DNA of 64,000 nucleotides from Patescibacteria group bacterium (GTDB lineage: Bacteria > Patescibacteriota > Patescibacteriia > Patescibacteriales > UBA12465). Below are positions 1 through 11,564 of this stretch, piece after piece. Positions within the stretch are counted from its first letter, which is position 1. Each line of letters starts with the position of its first letter. Position numbers and translations under genes: made by a program. The stretch lies in the NCBI GenBank assembly GCA_041658665.1, contig JBAZZR010000001.1, positions 384,576-448,575 on the forward strand. The letters run 5' to 3'. Under the pieces are notes generated by a model that was not told the origin of the DNA, made no database searches, and saw nothing but the letters and a program-made list of their open reading frames with translations.

Positions 1-57
1 TGGCTATTAGCGAAAATGGTCCTCAGATTTTAACTAACTAATTTTTAAATTAATATT

Positions 58-468
58 ATGGCCGATAAGATAAAAAATTATTTAGGCGTTGACTGGGGAG
101 AGAAAAGAATTGGTTTAGCGACCGCCGATAGTGAAGTAAAATTAGCGTTGCCTCTTAAAACTGTCAGTACTTTAGCGGAGCTTTTAGGAGTTATTAAGGA
201 GGATGAAATTAATGTCATTGTGCTTGGTGATCCTCGAAAAATGACCGGCGCCGAGGCTAATAGCGAGTTATGGTTAAATTTTTTAGAGCAGCTGCGTAAA
301 CGAAGCGGTTGTGCGGTCGAACTACTTGATGAACGTTTAAGTAGTCTAGCCGCTGATGCCTTAGGCGGTACGGATGAAGAAAAAGCTAGTCGGGACGAAA
401 TCGCCGCGACTCTTATTTTACAAGATTATTTAGATAAACAACCGAATCTAGCCTATGGAAGCGACTAA
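58..468 (+). CDS. ruvX: Holliday-junction resolvase-like nuclease RuvX/YqgF
   Basis: 136-aa ORF. N-terminal LGVDWGEKRIGLA motif and size are typical of the YqgF/RuvX family. Overlaps the next ORF by 14 nt. Confidence 0.85.
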   Translation: MADKIKNYLGVDWGEKRIGLATADSEVKLALPLKTVSTLAELLGVIKEDEINVIVLGDPRKMTGAEANSELWLNFLEQLRKRSGCAVELLDERLSSLAADALGGTDEEKASRDEIAATLILQDYLDKQPNLAYGSD

Positions 469-1228
469 AAATTCTTTAGCGATTATTTTGAAGCGTCAGG
501 CCTATCGGGAGAAAGATTCGTTAGTGAGTGTTTATACGGCCGCTTGGGGAAAATTAAGTTTACTAGCGCGAGGTACTCAACGATTAGGTTCTAAGCTAGC
601 CGGTCATATTGAACCGCTTAGTTTAGTAAATTTAATGATTGTCCGCGGTAAAGGTTTAGATTATGTTGGTAGTGCGATTAATAGTAAGGTTTTTTTAAGT
701 ATTCGTCAGGATCTCAATAAGCTCTATTACGCGGGTGAAGCGATTAGTATATTTAATCGTCTCGTTAAAGATAATCAGGCCGATAGTGACCTATTTTATT
801 TATTAGAAGAATATTTAGAAGCTTTAGATATTTTCCCCGAAGCGATATTAACTAATTGTCTTCCGGCTAATTTACCGAAAGATAAGGGGGAGTTATTTTT
901 AGCGGGATTTGTTTGGCGTTTATTAAAACTTTTAGGTTATCAGCCGGAATTAAGATTTTGCTTAGCTTGTCGAGCGCCTCTAGCGCCTGGGTTAAATTAT
1001 TTTGATTTTCTGAGCGGTGGGGTCGTCTGTACTAATTGTTTAGAAAATCAACGAAAAATTATGACTTTTTCGGCGGCTAATTTTTTAGTCGTTTCTGATA
1101 ATTGTTTAAAGGCGGTGCGTTTTTTAATCGCTAATGAGCCGCGAACCTTCGCTAAATTAGTCTTAAGCCTTAAAGTGACTAAGGAGCTCAGTCTGCTAAC
1201 CAAAAGCTTCTTAAAATTTTGTGATTAA
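455..1228 (+). CDS. recO: DNA repair protein RecO
   Basis: 257-aa ORF. N-terminal OB-like region (ILKRQAYREKDSLVSVYT) and a C-terminal CxxC...CxxC zinc module (CLACRA...CTNC), as in RecO. Confidence 0.8.
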   Translation: MEATKNSLAIILKRQAYREKDSLVSVYTAAWGKLSLLARGTQRLGSKLAGHIEPLSLVNLMIVRGKGLDYVGSAINSKVFLSIRQDLNKLYYAGEAISIFNRLVKDNQADSDLFYLLEEYLEALDIFPEAILTNCLPANLPKDKGELFLAGFVWRLLKLLGYQPELRFCLACRAPLAPGLNYFDFLSGGVVCTNCLENQRKIMTFSAANFLVVSDNCLKAVRFLIANEPRTFAKLVLSLKVTKELSLLTKSFLKFCD

Positions 1229-1339
1229 ATTTATTGGTTTTTCTTGCTAAACTAGCATATATAATGTAAAATTTAAACAGTTAAAAATGTTTTTATTTGT
1301 TTTTTAATTTTAAATTAAGTTTGAAATATTTTTTATTTT

Positions 1340-2644
1340 ATGTCAAGACTACTTATTACTGAAGCTAAAAAAATTGGTACCGGCGTTGTCACCGTTTCGG
1401 GTTGGGTGCGTAATCTGAGGGTACACAAGGGGGTTATTTTCGTAGATTTATGTGATATTTCTGGCACAATGCAAATAGTGTTTCTAAGCGGAGACGATAA
1501 TTATAAATTGGCGGAAGGACTTAGTTTAGAGAGTGTTATTGAAGTCTCTGGAGTCTTACAAGAAAGGCCGGCCAAAAAAACAGAAGTTAACCCGGTTAAA
1601 GATTATGAATTAGGGGTTAAAACGGCTAAATTAATTTCCCTAGCCGATAGTAATTTGCCTATTCCGGTTTTGCAAAAAGGTGATAGCGAAGTCAATCTCG
1701 ATAATCGTTTAGACTGGCGCTGGTTAGATTTACGGCGCGAAGAGAACCAATTAATTTTTAAAGTTTGGACAAAATTAGAAGAAGGTTTCAGGGATTATTT
1801 CAGCGCTAATAATTTTATTCAAATTTATACGCCTTGTCTGATGAACACCGCTTCCGAAACCGGTTCGGAAGTGTTTGAGGTTAAATATTTTGAGCGGAAA
1901 GCTTATTTATCTCAGTCGCCACAGTTTTATAAACAAATGGCGATTGCTTCCGGTTTAGAAAAAGTTTTTATGGTCGGACCGGTGTTCCGAGCCGAATTGT
2001 CTTTTACTACTCGTCATGTCTCGGAGTTTACGGGTTGGGATTTTGAACTCTCTTTTATTGACTCGCACGCCGCTTTAATGGATATTGAAGAAGATCTTTT
2101 AATTTCTGGTTTTAAAAAAGTAAAGGAACAATTAGGTCTTGATTTGGAAATACCCGCTAAACCTTTTCCTAAAATTACTTTGGCTGAGGCTAAAATAAAA
2201 TTACAGGCGGCGGGTATTAAGAGCGAGAAGGATTTTGATTTTTCTACAGAAGAGGAGAAGGAACTGGGAGAAATTATTAAAAAAGAATTTGGTCATGATT
2301 TTGTTTTCGTGACCGACTACCCGATTGCTGCTCGACCTTTTTATCATATGCGACACAGCGATCAGCCAAATTTAACTAAAAGCTTCGATTTATTATATCG
2401 CGGTTTAGAGATTACGACGGGAGCGCAACGAGAACACCGAGTAGATATTTTAGAAAGACAAGCCTTAGAAAAAAATATGAATCTCGAAGAATTGAAAGAT
2501 TATCTAAATTTTTTTCGTTACGGCTGTCCTAGCCATGGCGGTGTCGGGATTGGACCGGGTCGGATTATCATGAAGATGCTGAATCTTAATAGTATTAAAG
2601 AAGCTTGCTTCTTACCGCGCGATGTTAAGCGTTTAACTCCCTAG
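1340..2644 (+). CDS. aspS: Aspartyl-tRNA synthetase, short archaeal/eukaryal-type class IIb
   Basis: 434 aa. N-terminal OB anticodon-binding region. Class II motifs [15 protein letters not shown] and C-terminal GGVGIGPGR. No bacterial-type insertion domain. Confidence 0.9.
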   Translation: MSRLLITEAKKIGTGVVTVSGWVRNLRVHKGVIFVDLCDISGTMQIVFLSGDDNYKLAEGLSLESVIEVSGVLQERPAKKTEVNPVKDYELGVKTAKLISLADSNLPIPVLQKGDSEVNLDNRLDWRWLDLRREENQLIFKVWTKLEEGFRDYFSANNFIQIYTPCLMNTASETGSEVFEVKYFERKAYLSQSPQFYKQMAIASGLEKVFMVGPVFRAELSFTTRHVSEFTGWDFELSFIDSHAALMDIEEDLLISGFKKVKEQLGLDLEIPAKPFPKITLAEAKIKLQAAGIKSEKDFDFSTEEEKELGEIIKKEFGHDFVFVTDYPIAARPFYHMRHSDQPNLTKSFDLLYRGLEITTGAQREHRVDILERQALEKNMNLEELKDYLNFFRYGCPSHGGVGIGPGRIIMKMLNLNSIKEACFLPRDVKRLTP

Positions 2645-2664
2645 TTATAAAAATAATTGATTAT

Positions 2665-4056
2665 ATGGCTCAGATTTTAATAAAATCATTATATCGGTCA
2701 ACCGCTGAATATTTAAATAAAGAAATAAGCGTATCGGGCTGGGTGCGAACGGTTCGCAGTTCTAAAGATTTTGGTTTTATTGAGATTAATGATGGCTCAT
2801 TTTTTAAGGGGCTGCAGGTGGTTTTTTCTAGTGATCTAAATAATTTTGCTGAAATAGAGAAAGCTAGCGTCGGTTCGTCGCTGGTAGTCAAGGGGACACT
2901 AGTTGAGTCGCCCGCCGCCGGACAAACTTTCGAGCTTAAAGCTAAAGAAATTACGGTTTTGAGTTTAGCGGCGGCTGATTATCCGCTACAAAAGAAGAAA
3001 CATAGTTTCGAATTTTTACGGACGATTTCTCATCTCCGGGTGCGCAGTAATACTTTTTCGGCAGTTTTTCGCTTACGTTCCGTTTTAAGTTTTGCTATTC
3101 ATAAATTTTTTCAAGAGGAAGGATTTGCTTATATCCAAACGCCGATAATTTCCACTAGCGACTGCGAAGGAGCAGGGGAGATGTTCCAAGTAACAACGCT
3201 TGATTTAAAGAAACCGATTCTAAATGATCAGGGAGAGATAAATTATACTGAAGATTTTTTTGGTAAGAAGACGGGGCTAAGCGTTAGCGGCCAGCTTAAT
3301 GCGGAGGCTCTCGTTATGGGGTTGAATAAAGTTTATACTTTTGGGCCGACTTTTCGGGCAGAAAATTCTAATACGACGCGGCATGCGTCGGAATTTTGGA
3401 TGATGGAGCCTGAAATGGCTTTTGCCGATTTGGCCGATGACATGGCTCTCGCTGAAAAAATGTTGAAATATTTAGTAGCCGAGGTGCTGAAGGAATTGCC
3501 GGAAGAAATGGAATTCTTTAATAAATTTATTGATCCGGGAATTTCTGAACGCCTAAATAATATTATTAATTCCGATTTTGGTCGGATAAGCTATACGGAG
3601 GCCATTCAGATTCTAGAGACATCGGCTGAGAAATTTATTTATCCGGTTAAATGGGGAATTGATTTACAAACCGAACACGAAAGATATTTAACGGATAAAG
3701 TTTTTAAAAAACCAGTTTTCGTTATAGATTATCCTAAAGATATTAAGGCTTTTTATATGCGTTTAAATGACGACGAAAAAACCGTGGCGGCTATGGATTT
3801 ACTGGTTCCGGGCGTTGGAGAAATAATCGGGGGGAGTCAAAGAGAAGAACGATTAACTAATTTAGAGAAAAGGATGACTGAGATGGGTTTAAATAAAGAA
3901 GATTACGCCTGGTATTTAGATTTGCGAAAATACGGATCGGTTAAGCACGCGGGTTTTGGTTTAGGTTTTGAACGCTTAATTATGTATATTTCCGGTATGG
4001 CGAATATTCGTGATGTTATTCCGTTCCCGCGGACGCCGAAAAACGCGGAATTTTAA
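2665..4056 (+). CDS. asnS: Asparaginyl-tRNA synthetase
   Basis: 463 aa. [27 protein letters not shown] and C-terminal GFGLGFERL signatures are typical of AsnRS. Confidence 0.9.
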   Translation: MAQILIKSLYRSTAEYLNKEISVSGWVRTVRSSKDFGFIEINDGSFFKGLQVVFSSDLNNFAEIEKASVGSSLVVKGTLVESPAAGQTFELKAKEITVLSLAAADYPLQKKKHSFEFLRTISHLRVRSNTFSAVFRLRSVLSFAIHKFFQEEGFAYIQTPIISTSDCEGAGEMFQVTTLDLKKPILNDQGEINYTEDFFGKKTGLSVSGQLNAEALVMGLNKVYTFGPTFRAENSNTTRHASEFWMMEPEMAFADLADDMALAEKMLKYLVAEVLKELPEEMEFFNKFIDPGISERLNNIINSDFGRISYTEAIQILETSAEKFIYPVKWGIDLQTEHERYLTDKVFKKPVFVIDYPKDIKAFYMRLNDDEKTVAAMDLLVPGVGEIIGGSQREERLTNLEKRMTEMGLNKEDYAWYLDLRKYGSVKHAGFGLGFERLIMYISGMANIRDVIPFPRTPKNAEF

Positions 4057-4064
4057 AAAATAAG

Positions 4065-5093
4065 TTGTCGACCATGGGTTTTATTAGTTTTTTTATTTTT
4101 TTACCTCTTCTGGCCCTGCTAATATTTTTAATTGTTTTAGCTACCCAGAAAGGAAATAATAATATGAATAATAAGTATGACGCTAAGTATGTGTTTTATT
4201 ATCTCTTGTCGCTAGTGGCTCTTATTTTCACGGCCTTTTCGGTTGGTCTAGTAGTCTTTAGTATTATCGACAAGACTATTCCGGACGCTTTAAACGCCTA
4301 TTATAACGGTAATGTTGATGGTTCTTTGAAGTTCGCAATTTCGGCCTTATTTATCGCCGCACCAATTTTTTACCTTATTTCCAGCCTGATAGCCAAAGGG
4401 TTACGTAAGGGGGAATTAGAGAAAGAGTCGGGTTTGCGTCGTTGGTTGACTTACTTTATTCTTCTAGTTTCTTCTTTAGTAATTTTAGGGGTCTTTATTA
4501 GTGTTATTAATAATTTTTTATCTGGTGAATTAAGTTCCCGTTTTGCTTTAAAAGCTTTAACCGTTTTTATCCTCTCCGCGTTGCCTTTTTCTTTCTATTT
4601 TTATGATATTAGGCGCGCTAACCCGGAACAGCCGGATAAGATTGTTAAGATTTTTTTCTACGTTACGTTAGTCCTAGTTCTCGTCGCTTTTATTGCCGCT
4701 TGGTTTTTCGTCGAATCGCCGAAAACTGCGCGCGCTCGTCGCTTAGATCAAAACTTAATTCAGAATATCGCTAATATTGAGAATGCGGTTAATAATTATT
4801 ACGAGCGGAATAAAAAATTACCGGATAGTTTAAATGATTTACAAGCTGGTCAAGGGATATATTTAGATAAGAACTCCTTGAGTGATCCAGAAACCAAGGT
4901 CTTAATAGTTTATCAGAAATCCGGCGACAAAGACTTCTCTCTGTGTGCGACTTTTAGAGTTAGTTCTTTGGCAAGTGATCAGGGTAAGTCCGTTCCTTAC
5001 GGCGGTGATATGTATAGTCGCGAACACGAAGCGGGTTATCAATGTTTGCCGGGCAATCTTTATACCGCGATTAAAGCCGCGCCTCTGCAATAA
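4065..5093 (+). CDS. Multi-pass membrane protein with C-terminal extracytoplasmic domain (function unknown)
   Basis: 342-aa ORF with about 6 hydrophobic helices followed by a soluble tail containing Cys residues. TTG start in the track; an in-frame ATG lies at 4074. Confidence 0.6.
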   Translation: MSTMGFISFFIFLPLLALLIFLIVLATQKGNNNMNNKYDAKYVFYYLLSLVALIFTAFSVGLVVFSIIDKTIPDALNAYYNGNVDGSLKFAISALFIAAPIFYLISSLIAKGLRKGELEKESGLRRWLTYFILLVSSLVILGVFISVINNFLSGELSSRFALKALTVFILSALPFSFYFYDIRRANPEQPDKIVKIFFYVTLVLVLVAFIAAWFFVESPKTARARRLDQNLIQNIANIENAVNNYYERNKKLPDSLNDLQAGQGIYLDKNSLSDPETKVLIVYQKSGDKDFSLCATFRVSSLASDQGKSVPYGGDMYSREHEAGYQCLPGNLYTAIKAAPLQ

Positions 5094-5099
5094 TTAATT

Positions 5100-5843
5100 A
5101 TGATGGATTTTACTACGGAAAAATTTTCTGGCCCCCTTGGTCTTCTGTTAAGCCTAATTGAAAGCGAAGAGATGGATATTACCGAAATCGCTTTGGCTAA
5201 AATAGCGGATGATTATGTCGGCTATATTCGGTCGGCCAAGAATATTAATCCCGAGGAATTGGCGGATTTTTTGCTTATTGCCGCCAAGCTACTGTTTATA
5301 AAATCTAAAGCCCTCTTACCTTATCTTTATTCCGCAGCCGAGGAGGAGGAGATAAACGATTTAGAACATCAGCTAAAGATGTATAGAGAATTTGTGGCGG
5401 CTAGTCGGCAGGTAAAAGAAATAATAAATACTAGACATTGGTTATATCTACCCCCTTTTAGTAACGCTCGTAACCGGCGGAGCCAGTTTAATCTGCCAGT
5501 GTTTGCGCCGCCCGCTAAAATAAATACCGGTCTCTTGCATGAGCGTTTTTTAGAGATTTTAGGCGGTCTAGAGAAACAGCTGGAAAAAAATAAAGAAGAA
5601 AAATTATTAGAAGAAACTTGGGAAACTAAAATTAGTATTGATGATCAAATTGTTATTATTAAGCAAATGCTAGTTGATAAGATTAAAGTAAATTTTTCTC
5701 GACTTTTGGCCGCGGCTAAGACAAAAACGGAAATTATTGTAAATTTTTTAGCGGTTTTAGAGCTCGCCAAACAACAAGAATTAATTTTTGAACAAAGCGA
5801 ATTATTCAGCGAGATTCATATTAGTCGGCTGGTGGAGAAATAA
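5100..5843 (+). CDS. scpA: Segregation and condensation protein A
   Basis: 247 aa. N-terminal F.GPLGLLLSLIE..EMDITEI..A.I.D.Y motif is typical of ScpA. Followed by scpB. Confidence 0.8.
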   Translation: MMDFTTEKFSGPLGLLLSLIESEEMDITEIALAKIADDYVGYIRSAKNINPEELADFLLIAAKLLFIKSKALLPYLYSAAEEEEINDLEHQLKMYREFVAASRQVKEIINTRHWLYLPPFSNARNRRSQFNLPVFAPPAKINTGLLHERFLEILGGLEKQLEKNKEEKLLEETWETKISIDDQIVIIKQMLVDKIKVNFSRLLAAAKTKTEIIVNFLAVLELAKQQELIFEQSELFSEIHISRLVEK

Positions 5844-5884
5844 TAATCTCTCGATTCGGCCAATATTAAAATTTCTATAATATT

Positions 5885-6451
5885 ATGTCCCTGAAATCAC
5901 AATTAGAATCCTTACTCTTCGTTTCTTTAAAGCCCCTAACTTTAAAAGATTTAGCGTCTTTGACCGACACAAAAATTAAGGAAGTAGAAGCGGCTGCTAA
6001 TGAATTATTTTTAGACTATCAGGCGGGTGATCGAGGTTTAACCTTAATTAAGAATAATCAACAATACCAACTAACTACTAGTGCCGCTAATTCGGCGGTA
6101 GTCCAGAAGTTATTGAAAGATGAAACGAGCGGTGAATTGTCTCAGCCTAGCTTAGAAGCGTTAACGATAATTGCTTATCGCGGTCCGATTGCTAAATTAG
6201 AGTTAGATCGTATCCGCGGCGTAAATTGTAGTCTGATTATTCGTAATTTACTCCTGCGTGGTTTAATTGAAGAAAGTTTTGATAAGACAAAAAATGAAAA
6301 TTTTTATACAATTACCAATGATTTTATTCGTTTTTTGGGTTTGAGACAGCTGAGCGATTTGCCCGATTACGATAAATTGAGTCGGGCGGAAACGGTTGAT
6401 GAAGTTCTTAGAGCGGCGGCTAGTTTATTACCGGCTGCTTTAGAGCACTAA
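5885..6451 (+). CDS. scpB: Segregation and condensation protein B
   Basis: 188 aa. LESLLFVS..PLT...L start and tandem winged-helix layout. Directly downstream of scpA. Confidence 0.8.
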   Translation: MSLKSQLESLLFVSLKPLTLKDLASLTDTKIKEVEAAANELFLDYQAGDRGLTLIKNNQQYQLTTSAANSAVVQKLLKDETSGELSQPSLEALTIIAYRGPIAKLELDRIRGVNCSLIIRNLLLRGLIEESFDKTKNENFYTITNDFIRFLGLRQLSDLPDYDKLSRAETVDEVLRAAASLLPAALEH

Positions 6452-6460
6452 TTTTATCCC

Positions 6461-7336
6461 ATGTTGTTTTCTATTATTACTAATTTAATAGTTTGGTTGG
6501 TTCTTAATCATAATATTGAGTCAAGCGCCTGGCAATCTCCGGGGCCGATTATTTTTTTGAAACCTCAAGCGGAAATTTTGAAGTTAACTTCTCCGCGGGC
6601 CGCCGTTTTTTCGGTGAGCGATCAGCTGTTTTTATTAACTAAAAAAGCGGACGAAACTCAGCCGATTGCTAGTATTACTAAGCTCATGACCGCCTTAGTT
6701 TTTTTAGATAATAATCCCGGTTGGGATAATATTTATGAAATTAGCGCGATTGATAAAGTTTTGGGGGGGCGTCTGAATCTTTTTCCCGGCGACCGGGTTA
6801 AGCTTCGGGATTTATTTTATACTAGTTTAGTAGCGTCTGATAACGGCGCGACGCTAGCTTTAGTCCATGCGAGCGGTTTAAGCGAGAAAGAGTTTGTTTT
6901 ACGGATGAATATTAAGGCGCAAGAGCTTAATTTAGAAAAGACTAATTTTTCCGATCCGGTTGGCTTAAGTGATGATAATATTTCTAACGCCCGTGAGGTC
7001 GCACTACTGGCTAAAGCCGCTTTAGCTAGAGAAGAGATTCGGTTAGCGACGTCGAAGCGAATTTACCTTTTTAATACTCTAGGAGGCAAAGAGAAGAAAA
7101 TTGAATCGACTGACGATTTATTATTTGTCGGAAATTCTGGCACTCTACAAGTTTTAGGCGGGAAGACGGGGTATACTGAGAAAGCGGGTTATTGTTTTGT
7201 CGGACTACTTAAAAATTCGGCCGGTCGGGAATTTATTTCCGTTATTTTAAATAGCAATAGCCGCGCCGGTCGATTTGCTGAAAGCCAAAAATTAGTCGAT
7301 TGGATAATTAATAATTATGAATGGCAGAAAGATTAA
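6461..7336 (+). CDS. D-alanyl-D-alanine carboxypeptidase (peptidase S11 / PBP5-like)
   Basis: 291 aa with an N-terminal membrane anchor. SxxK (SITK), SxN (SDN) and KTG (KTGYT) active-site motifs are in the correct order. Confidence 0.8.
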   Translation: MLFSIITNLIVWLVLNHNIESSAWQSPGPIIFLKPQAEILKLTSPRAAVFSVSDQLFLLTKKADETQPIASITKLMTALVFLDNNPGWDNIYEISAIDKVLGGRLNLFPGDRVKLRDLFYTSLVASDNGATLALVHASGLSEKEFVLRMNIKAQELNLEKTNFSDPVGLSDDNISNAREVALLAKAALAREEIRLATSKRIYLFNTLGGKEKKIESTDDLLFVGNSGTLQVLGGKTGYTEKAGYCFVGLLKNSAGREFISVILNSNSRAGRFAESQKLVDWIINNYEWQKD

Positions 7337-7364
7337 CCGAGTTAGAAAATAATAATGATAATCT

Positions 7365-7829
7365 ATGCCTTTAGTTAGACGTTGGTATGATAATTTTCGT
7401 CGCTATTTTTCTTCGGCTTATCCGGAGATTTATAGCGTTTGCAATCAGCATAAATCAGTGATTAAATTTATCGTCGCTGGTTGTTCGGCCGCCGGGACCG
7501 ATTTAGTTCTTTTGTATGTTTTTTATGGCCTCTTTGGTCTCGATTTAGTGGTTTCGACTAGCTTAGCTTTTCTTATTGCTTTTTTAGTTAGTTTTTCTTT
7601 ACAAAAATTTTGGGCTTTTAGGAATTATCAGGATAAGGTCATTAGCCAGTTATTTTTGTATCTCCTCAATGCTTTACTAGGTTTATATTTGAATGGGTTT
7701 TTTATGCACCTGTTAGTCAATAAATTCCAAATTTGGTATATGTTGGCTCAGTTTGCGGTTAATCTAGTTTTGGGTTTTTGGAACTTTGTTGTTTATAAAT
7801 TTATTATTTTTAAAACCAATAAGCCATGA
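7365..7829 (+). CDS. GtrA-family membrane protein
   Basis: 154 aa with 4 TM helices. IKFIVAGCSAAGTDL and WAFRN motifs are typical of the GtrA family. ATGA overlap with the next ORF. Confidence 0.7.
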   Translation: MPLVRRWYDNFRRYFSSAYPEIYSVCNQHKSVIKFIVAGCSAAGTDLVLLYVFYGLFGLDLVVSTSLAFLIAFLVSFSLQKFWAFRNYQDKVISQLFLYLLNALLGLYLNGFFMHLLVNKFQIWYMLAQFAVNLVLGFWNFVVYKFIIFKTNKP

Positions 7830-8155
7830 AATTAACGATTAATAAAAAACGACTAGGGGATAGTCCGGAAATGTGGTTGCGTCACGCCGGTTATTCTTTT
7901 ATACCAGAAAGGGAAGACGGACAAGCGAGTTTCGCGCGACGTTTTACGCGCGATTTTTATCCGCGTTTTCATATATATTTTTTAGAATCAACGACTACCG
8001 CCGGAGAAGAATTCGTGACCTTTAATCTTCATCTTGATCAAAAAAAACCAGGTTACGTTGGTTATAGCCGCCATAATGCAGAATATGACGGTGAAATAGT
8101 CGAAGCGGAAATCGAACGCTTAAAAAAACTCTTATTGCCAGATTTCTTTATTTAG
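7826..8155 (+). CDS. Hypothetical protein
   Basis: 109-aa ORF translationally coupled to the GtrA-like gene. No motif recognised. Confidence 0.5.
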   Translation: MKLTINKKRLGDSPEMWLRHAGYSFIPEREDGQASFARRFTRDFYPRFHIYFLESTTTAGEEFVTFNLHLDQKKPGYVGYSRHNAEYDGEIVEAEIERLKKLLLPDFFI

Positions 8156-8215
8156 TCCATAATTATTAGTCAGGTCTGTTAGTCCGGTATATTATTAGCT
8201 TAAATTTTCTCGTCT

Positions 8216-10021
8216 ATGGGTCAGAGCGAAGAAATAAAATCAAAACTGGATATCGTCGAAGTTATCAGAGAATATGTCCCGGTTAAAGCCGTTGGGGCTA
8301 ATTTTCAAGCGGTTTGCCCCTTTCATAACGAGAAGACGCCGTCTTTTATTATTTCCCCAGATAAGCAGATTTGGCATTGTTTTGGTTGCAGTCGGGGCGG
8401 CGACGTTTTTGCTTTCGTGATGGAAAAAGAAAATTTAAATTTTATCGAAGCCTTGCGTCTTCTCGCTAATAAAGCAGGCGTAGTTCTAAAATATGAAAAG
8501 TCAGATAATTATGCTAAACGGAATCGAGTTTTAGATATTTTAGAATTAAGCGGTAAATATTATAATCATGTGCTTAGTACGCCGGTGGGCGGCCAGGCAC
8601 AAGACTACTTATTAAAACGCGGCTTAGAGTCAGAGACAATTAAAGAGTGGCAGTTGGGCTATAGTCCTGACGCTTGGGATAATCTTTATCGGTTTTTAAG
8701 AGAGCGTCCTTTAAGTGGCCCGAAGTATACCGATGAGGAGATTCTAGCGGCCGGACTAATTATTAAAAAAGAAGGTGGTCGTTCGTATTATGATCGTTTT
8801 CGCGATCGTCTAATGTTTCCGATTTGGGACGTTAATAATAATTTAATTGCTTTTACCGCCCGCGTTAATCCCGCCAAAGAAAAAACGGAAAAGATGGGTA
8901 AATATATCAATAGTCCGCAAACAGGAGTTTATGATAAAAGTAAAGTTCTTTTTGCTTTAAATAAAGCGAAGAATCAGATCCGCCAAGATGATTTAGCGAT
9001 CGTCGTTGAAGGGCAGATGGATGTTATTGCCTGTCATAAACATGGCTTTAAAAATGTGATTGCTTCTTCGGGGACCGCTTTAACCGTCGATCAGATTACT
9101 TTAGTTAAACGTTATACTAAAAATATTGCTTTGTTGTTTGATATGGACGACGCCGGGCAATTAGCTGCTGACCGCGGAATTAAAGAAGTATTGGCGCAAG
9201 AATTAAATTTAAAAATTATTATTTTATCGGGTTATAAAGATCCGGATGAATGTTTAAATAAAAATCCGGATGATTTTAAACGAGCCATTAGCGAAGCGAA
9301 GCCGATGTTAGATTATTATTTTGATAAAATTAGCGCTAATTTAGACTTAGAACAATTAGACAATAAGCGCTTAGTGCGCGACAAGATGTTTACCATGATT
9401 AGTCTAGTTTCTAATAAAACAGAACAAGGCTATTGGCTTAAAAAACTTAGCGAAGAGTTAAATTTTTATGAGTTAGATACTCGTGAGGAATTCGCGAAGT
9501 GGCAAGCCAAAATTAGCGTATTAAAAGATAAAGAAACTAGAAAAAATAACCAATTAGCCGGTCATAATTTACCGTCAGAATTAAGCCGCGAAGATAAATT
9601 AGCTGAGCTTTTACTGGCCATTCTCCTAAAATTTCCGGAACTTATTAATTATAGCGCTAGTAACTTAGAGCCGGATTATTTAAATACGGAATTAGCGAAG
9701 TTTTACAAGGAATTTATAATCCATTATAATAGAAGCAACACTTTAGATTATGAAAATTTTCGCTTATATTTAGAAGAAAATTATCCCGGTGATGAGAATT
9801 TTCTAGATAAACTTATTCTCCTGGGCGAAAAAGAGTTTTATAATTATGATTATACTCAAATTAAGTCGGAATTGTCAGGTATTATTAGCGAGTTAAAGAA
9901 ATATGGTAAGCAGAGAAAAATACAGCAACTACAGCGAGCGATAGCGATCGCCGAAAAAAATGGCCAGGCTGAAGAGTTAGGCTTGCTAATGAATGATTTA
10001 AAAAATTTAATGATCTCCTAA
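8216..10021 (+). CDS. dnaG: DNA primase
   Basis: 601 aa. CHC2 zinc finger ([11 protein letters not shown]...[11 protein letters not shown]) and a TOPRIM region (VVEGQMDV...DMDDAG). Classic dnaG-rpoD pairing. Confidence 0.9.
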   Translation: MGQSEEIKSKLDIVEVIREYVPVKAVGANFQAVCPFHNEKTPSFIISPDKQIWHCFGCSRGGDVFAFVMEKENLNFIEALRLLANKAGVVLKYEKSDNYAKRNRVLDILELSGKYYNHVLSTPVGGQAQDYLLKRGLESETIKEWQLGYSPDAWDNLYRFLRERPLSGPKYTDEEILAAGLIIKKEGGRSYYDRFRDRLMFPIWDVNNNLIAFTARVNPAKEKTEKMGKYINSPQTGVYDKSKVLFALNKAKNQIRQDDLAIVVEGQMDVIACHKHGFKNVIASSGTALTVDQITLVKRYTKNIALLFDMDDAGQLAADRGIKEVLAQELNLKIIILSGYKDPDECLNKNPDDFKRAISEAKPMLDYYFDKISANLDLEQLDNKRLVRDKMFTMISLVSNKTEQGYWLKKLSEELNFYELDTREEFAKWQAKISVLKDKETRKNNQLAGHNLPSELSREDKLAELLLAILLKFPELINYSASNLEPDYLNTELAKFYKEFIIHYNRSNTLDYENFRLYLEENYPGDENFLDKLILLGEKEFYNYDYTQIKSELSGIISELKKYGKQRKIQQLQRAIAIAEKNGQAEELGLLMNDLKNLMIS

Positions 10022-10026
10022 TTATT

Positions 10027-11358
10027 ATGGCTAAAAAAAAGCCGGAAAAAATTAAAAAACATCAGGTTAATAAGAAGTCGGCTAAAAAGAGTCCGATTAT
10101 TAAAGCTAAAGATAATCGTGTTGTTAAGACCGAAAAATTCCGCAAGATAAAGACAACTAATAAGAAAACAAAAAAAGAAAAAAAGTCAGCGGCATTTTCC
10201 CGAACAAAGGTTCATCGATCGAAGGATTTAGTGCGGGTCAGGGAAGAACATATAGCAGTAAAACCAACGGAAGAGGCGATAAAAAAGTTAATTGATAAGG
10301 GGCGACTGCGCGGCTTCGTTACCGAAACCGAATTATTATATTTGTTTCCGGAAATTGAAGAGTATGTTTATGACTATGATGTCTTTTTAGGCGAACTGCA
10401 AAGAAGCGGCGTCAGAATTATGGAAGATTCTGGCCGAATTTTAGATACGGCAGAAAAGAAAGCTCAAGAGCCGGTTTTAACGGGTCGCGCCTTAGCTCAT
10501 CAGAACGCTCTTAATATTGATTTATCGAAATTAAGCGCTGACTCTATTCAGATGTATTTGAAAGAAATTGGCAAGGTCCCTCTTTTAAGCGGCGATGAAG
10601 AAGTCGAATTAGCGAAGCGGAAAGAGAAGGGCGATAAGGAGGCGGAGAAAAAAATAATTGAAGCGAATTTGCGTCTCGTTGTTTCTATCGCTAAGAAATT
10701 TGCCGGCGCTAAAGGCATGAGTTTACTGGACTTAATTCAAGAAGGAAATATCGGTTTATTTCGGGCGGTCGAAAAATTTGAGTATCGGAAGGGCTATAAA
10801 TTTTCTACTTATGCGACCTGGTGGATCCGCCAGGCGATTACGCGTGCTTTAGCCGATCAGTCGCGGACTATTCGTATTCCGGTTCATATGGTCGAAAATA
10901 TTAATAAATTTCAACAGGTGCAGCGTAATTTAATCCAAGAATTAGGGCGTGAACCGCTTGCTGACGAAATCGCTTCCGAAATGGGGGAGAGTATTGAAAA
11001 AGTTCGTTATATTATGAAAATATCTCAGGACACTATTTCGCTTGAGACAACTATTGGGGACGATGGCGAGGACTCGACTTTAGAAGATTTTATTGAAGAC
11101 GTTAAGAATATTACGCCGGATCGCGCCGCCGCTTTACAGCTTTTAAAAGATTACGTGAAGAATATTGTCGCTCAGCTATCCCCACGAGAACAGAAGATTT
11201 TAGAAATGCGTTTTGGTTTAATTGACGGTGTTGCCCATACTTTAGAAGAGGTCGGGCAGGAATTCGAGGTTACTCGGGAACGTATTCGTCAGATTGAGTC
11301 TAAAGCCCTAGAGAAGATTCGGAAGTTTAAGGGTTTAGAGAAGTTGAGGGATTATTAA
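10027..11358 (+). CDS. rpoD: RNA polymerase primary sigma factor (sigma-70)
   Basis: 443 aa. Lys-rich N-terminus. Conserved regions 2.x ([16 protein letters not shown]), 3 and 4.2 ([20 protein letters not shown]). Confidence 0.9.
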   Translation: MAKKKPEKIKKHQVNKKSAKKSPIIKAKDNRVVKTEKFRKIKTTNKKTKKEKKSAAFSRTKVHRSKDLVRVREEHIAVKPTEEAIKKLIDKGRLRGFVTETELLYLFPEIEEYVYDYDVFLGELQRSGVRIMEDSGRILDTAEKKAQEPVLTGRALAHQNALNIDLSKLSADSIQMYLKEIGKVPLLSGDEEVELAKRKEKGDKEAEKKIIEANLRLVVSIAKKFAGAKGMSLLDLIQEGNIGLFRAVEKFEYRKGYKFSTYATWWIRQAITRALADQSRTIRIPVHMVENINKFQQVQRNLIQELGREPLADEIASEMGESIEKVRYIMKISQDTISLETTIGDDGEDSTLEDFIEDVKNITPDRAAALQLLKDYVKNIVAQLSPREQKILEMRFGLIDGVAHTLEEVGQEFEVTRERIRQIESKALEKIRKFKGLEKLRDY

Positions 11359-11400
11359 TTGATAGTAAGAAAAGTTAGATAAATTAATATTGTATATAAT

Positions 11401-11428
11401 AAAAATAGGCCAAAGTTAGCCTATTTTT
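11401..11428 (+). terminator. Intrinsic terminator after rpoD
   Basis: TAGGC-N8-GCCTA hairpin followed by a T-run. Confidence 0.6.
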
Positions 11429-11484
11429 ACTTTCAGATAATTAACCTATAAAATAGCCTATTCTTTTATTCGGTTTTTGATTAT

Positions 11485-11512
11485 TTGACATAACTCTCAT
11501 ATTTGCTAGAAT
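11485..11512 (+). promoter_or_regulatory. Sigma-70-type promoter for the tRNA gene
   Basis: TTGACA (11485-11490), 16-nt spacer, TAGAAT (11507-11512), about 50 nt upstream of the tRNA 5' end. Confidence 0.5.
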
Positions 11513-11564
11513 ATATATACAAAATGTTTTAAAACATTTTTGTTTTTTGAAAGTAATTTAATAT

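Noticed and set aside
1-41. Possible 3' end of an upstream gene (frame 3 reads ...AISENGPQILTN*).
   Set aside because: There are only about 13 codons and another frame is also open. It is too short to call.
11521-11548. AAAATGTTTT/AAAACATTTT palindrome followed by a T-run, between the tRNA promoter and the tRNA. It could be an attenuator or terminator.
   Set aside because: The stem is almost pure A/T with no loop, and AT-rich palindromes are common here. I cannot tell it apart from chance.
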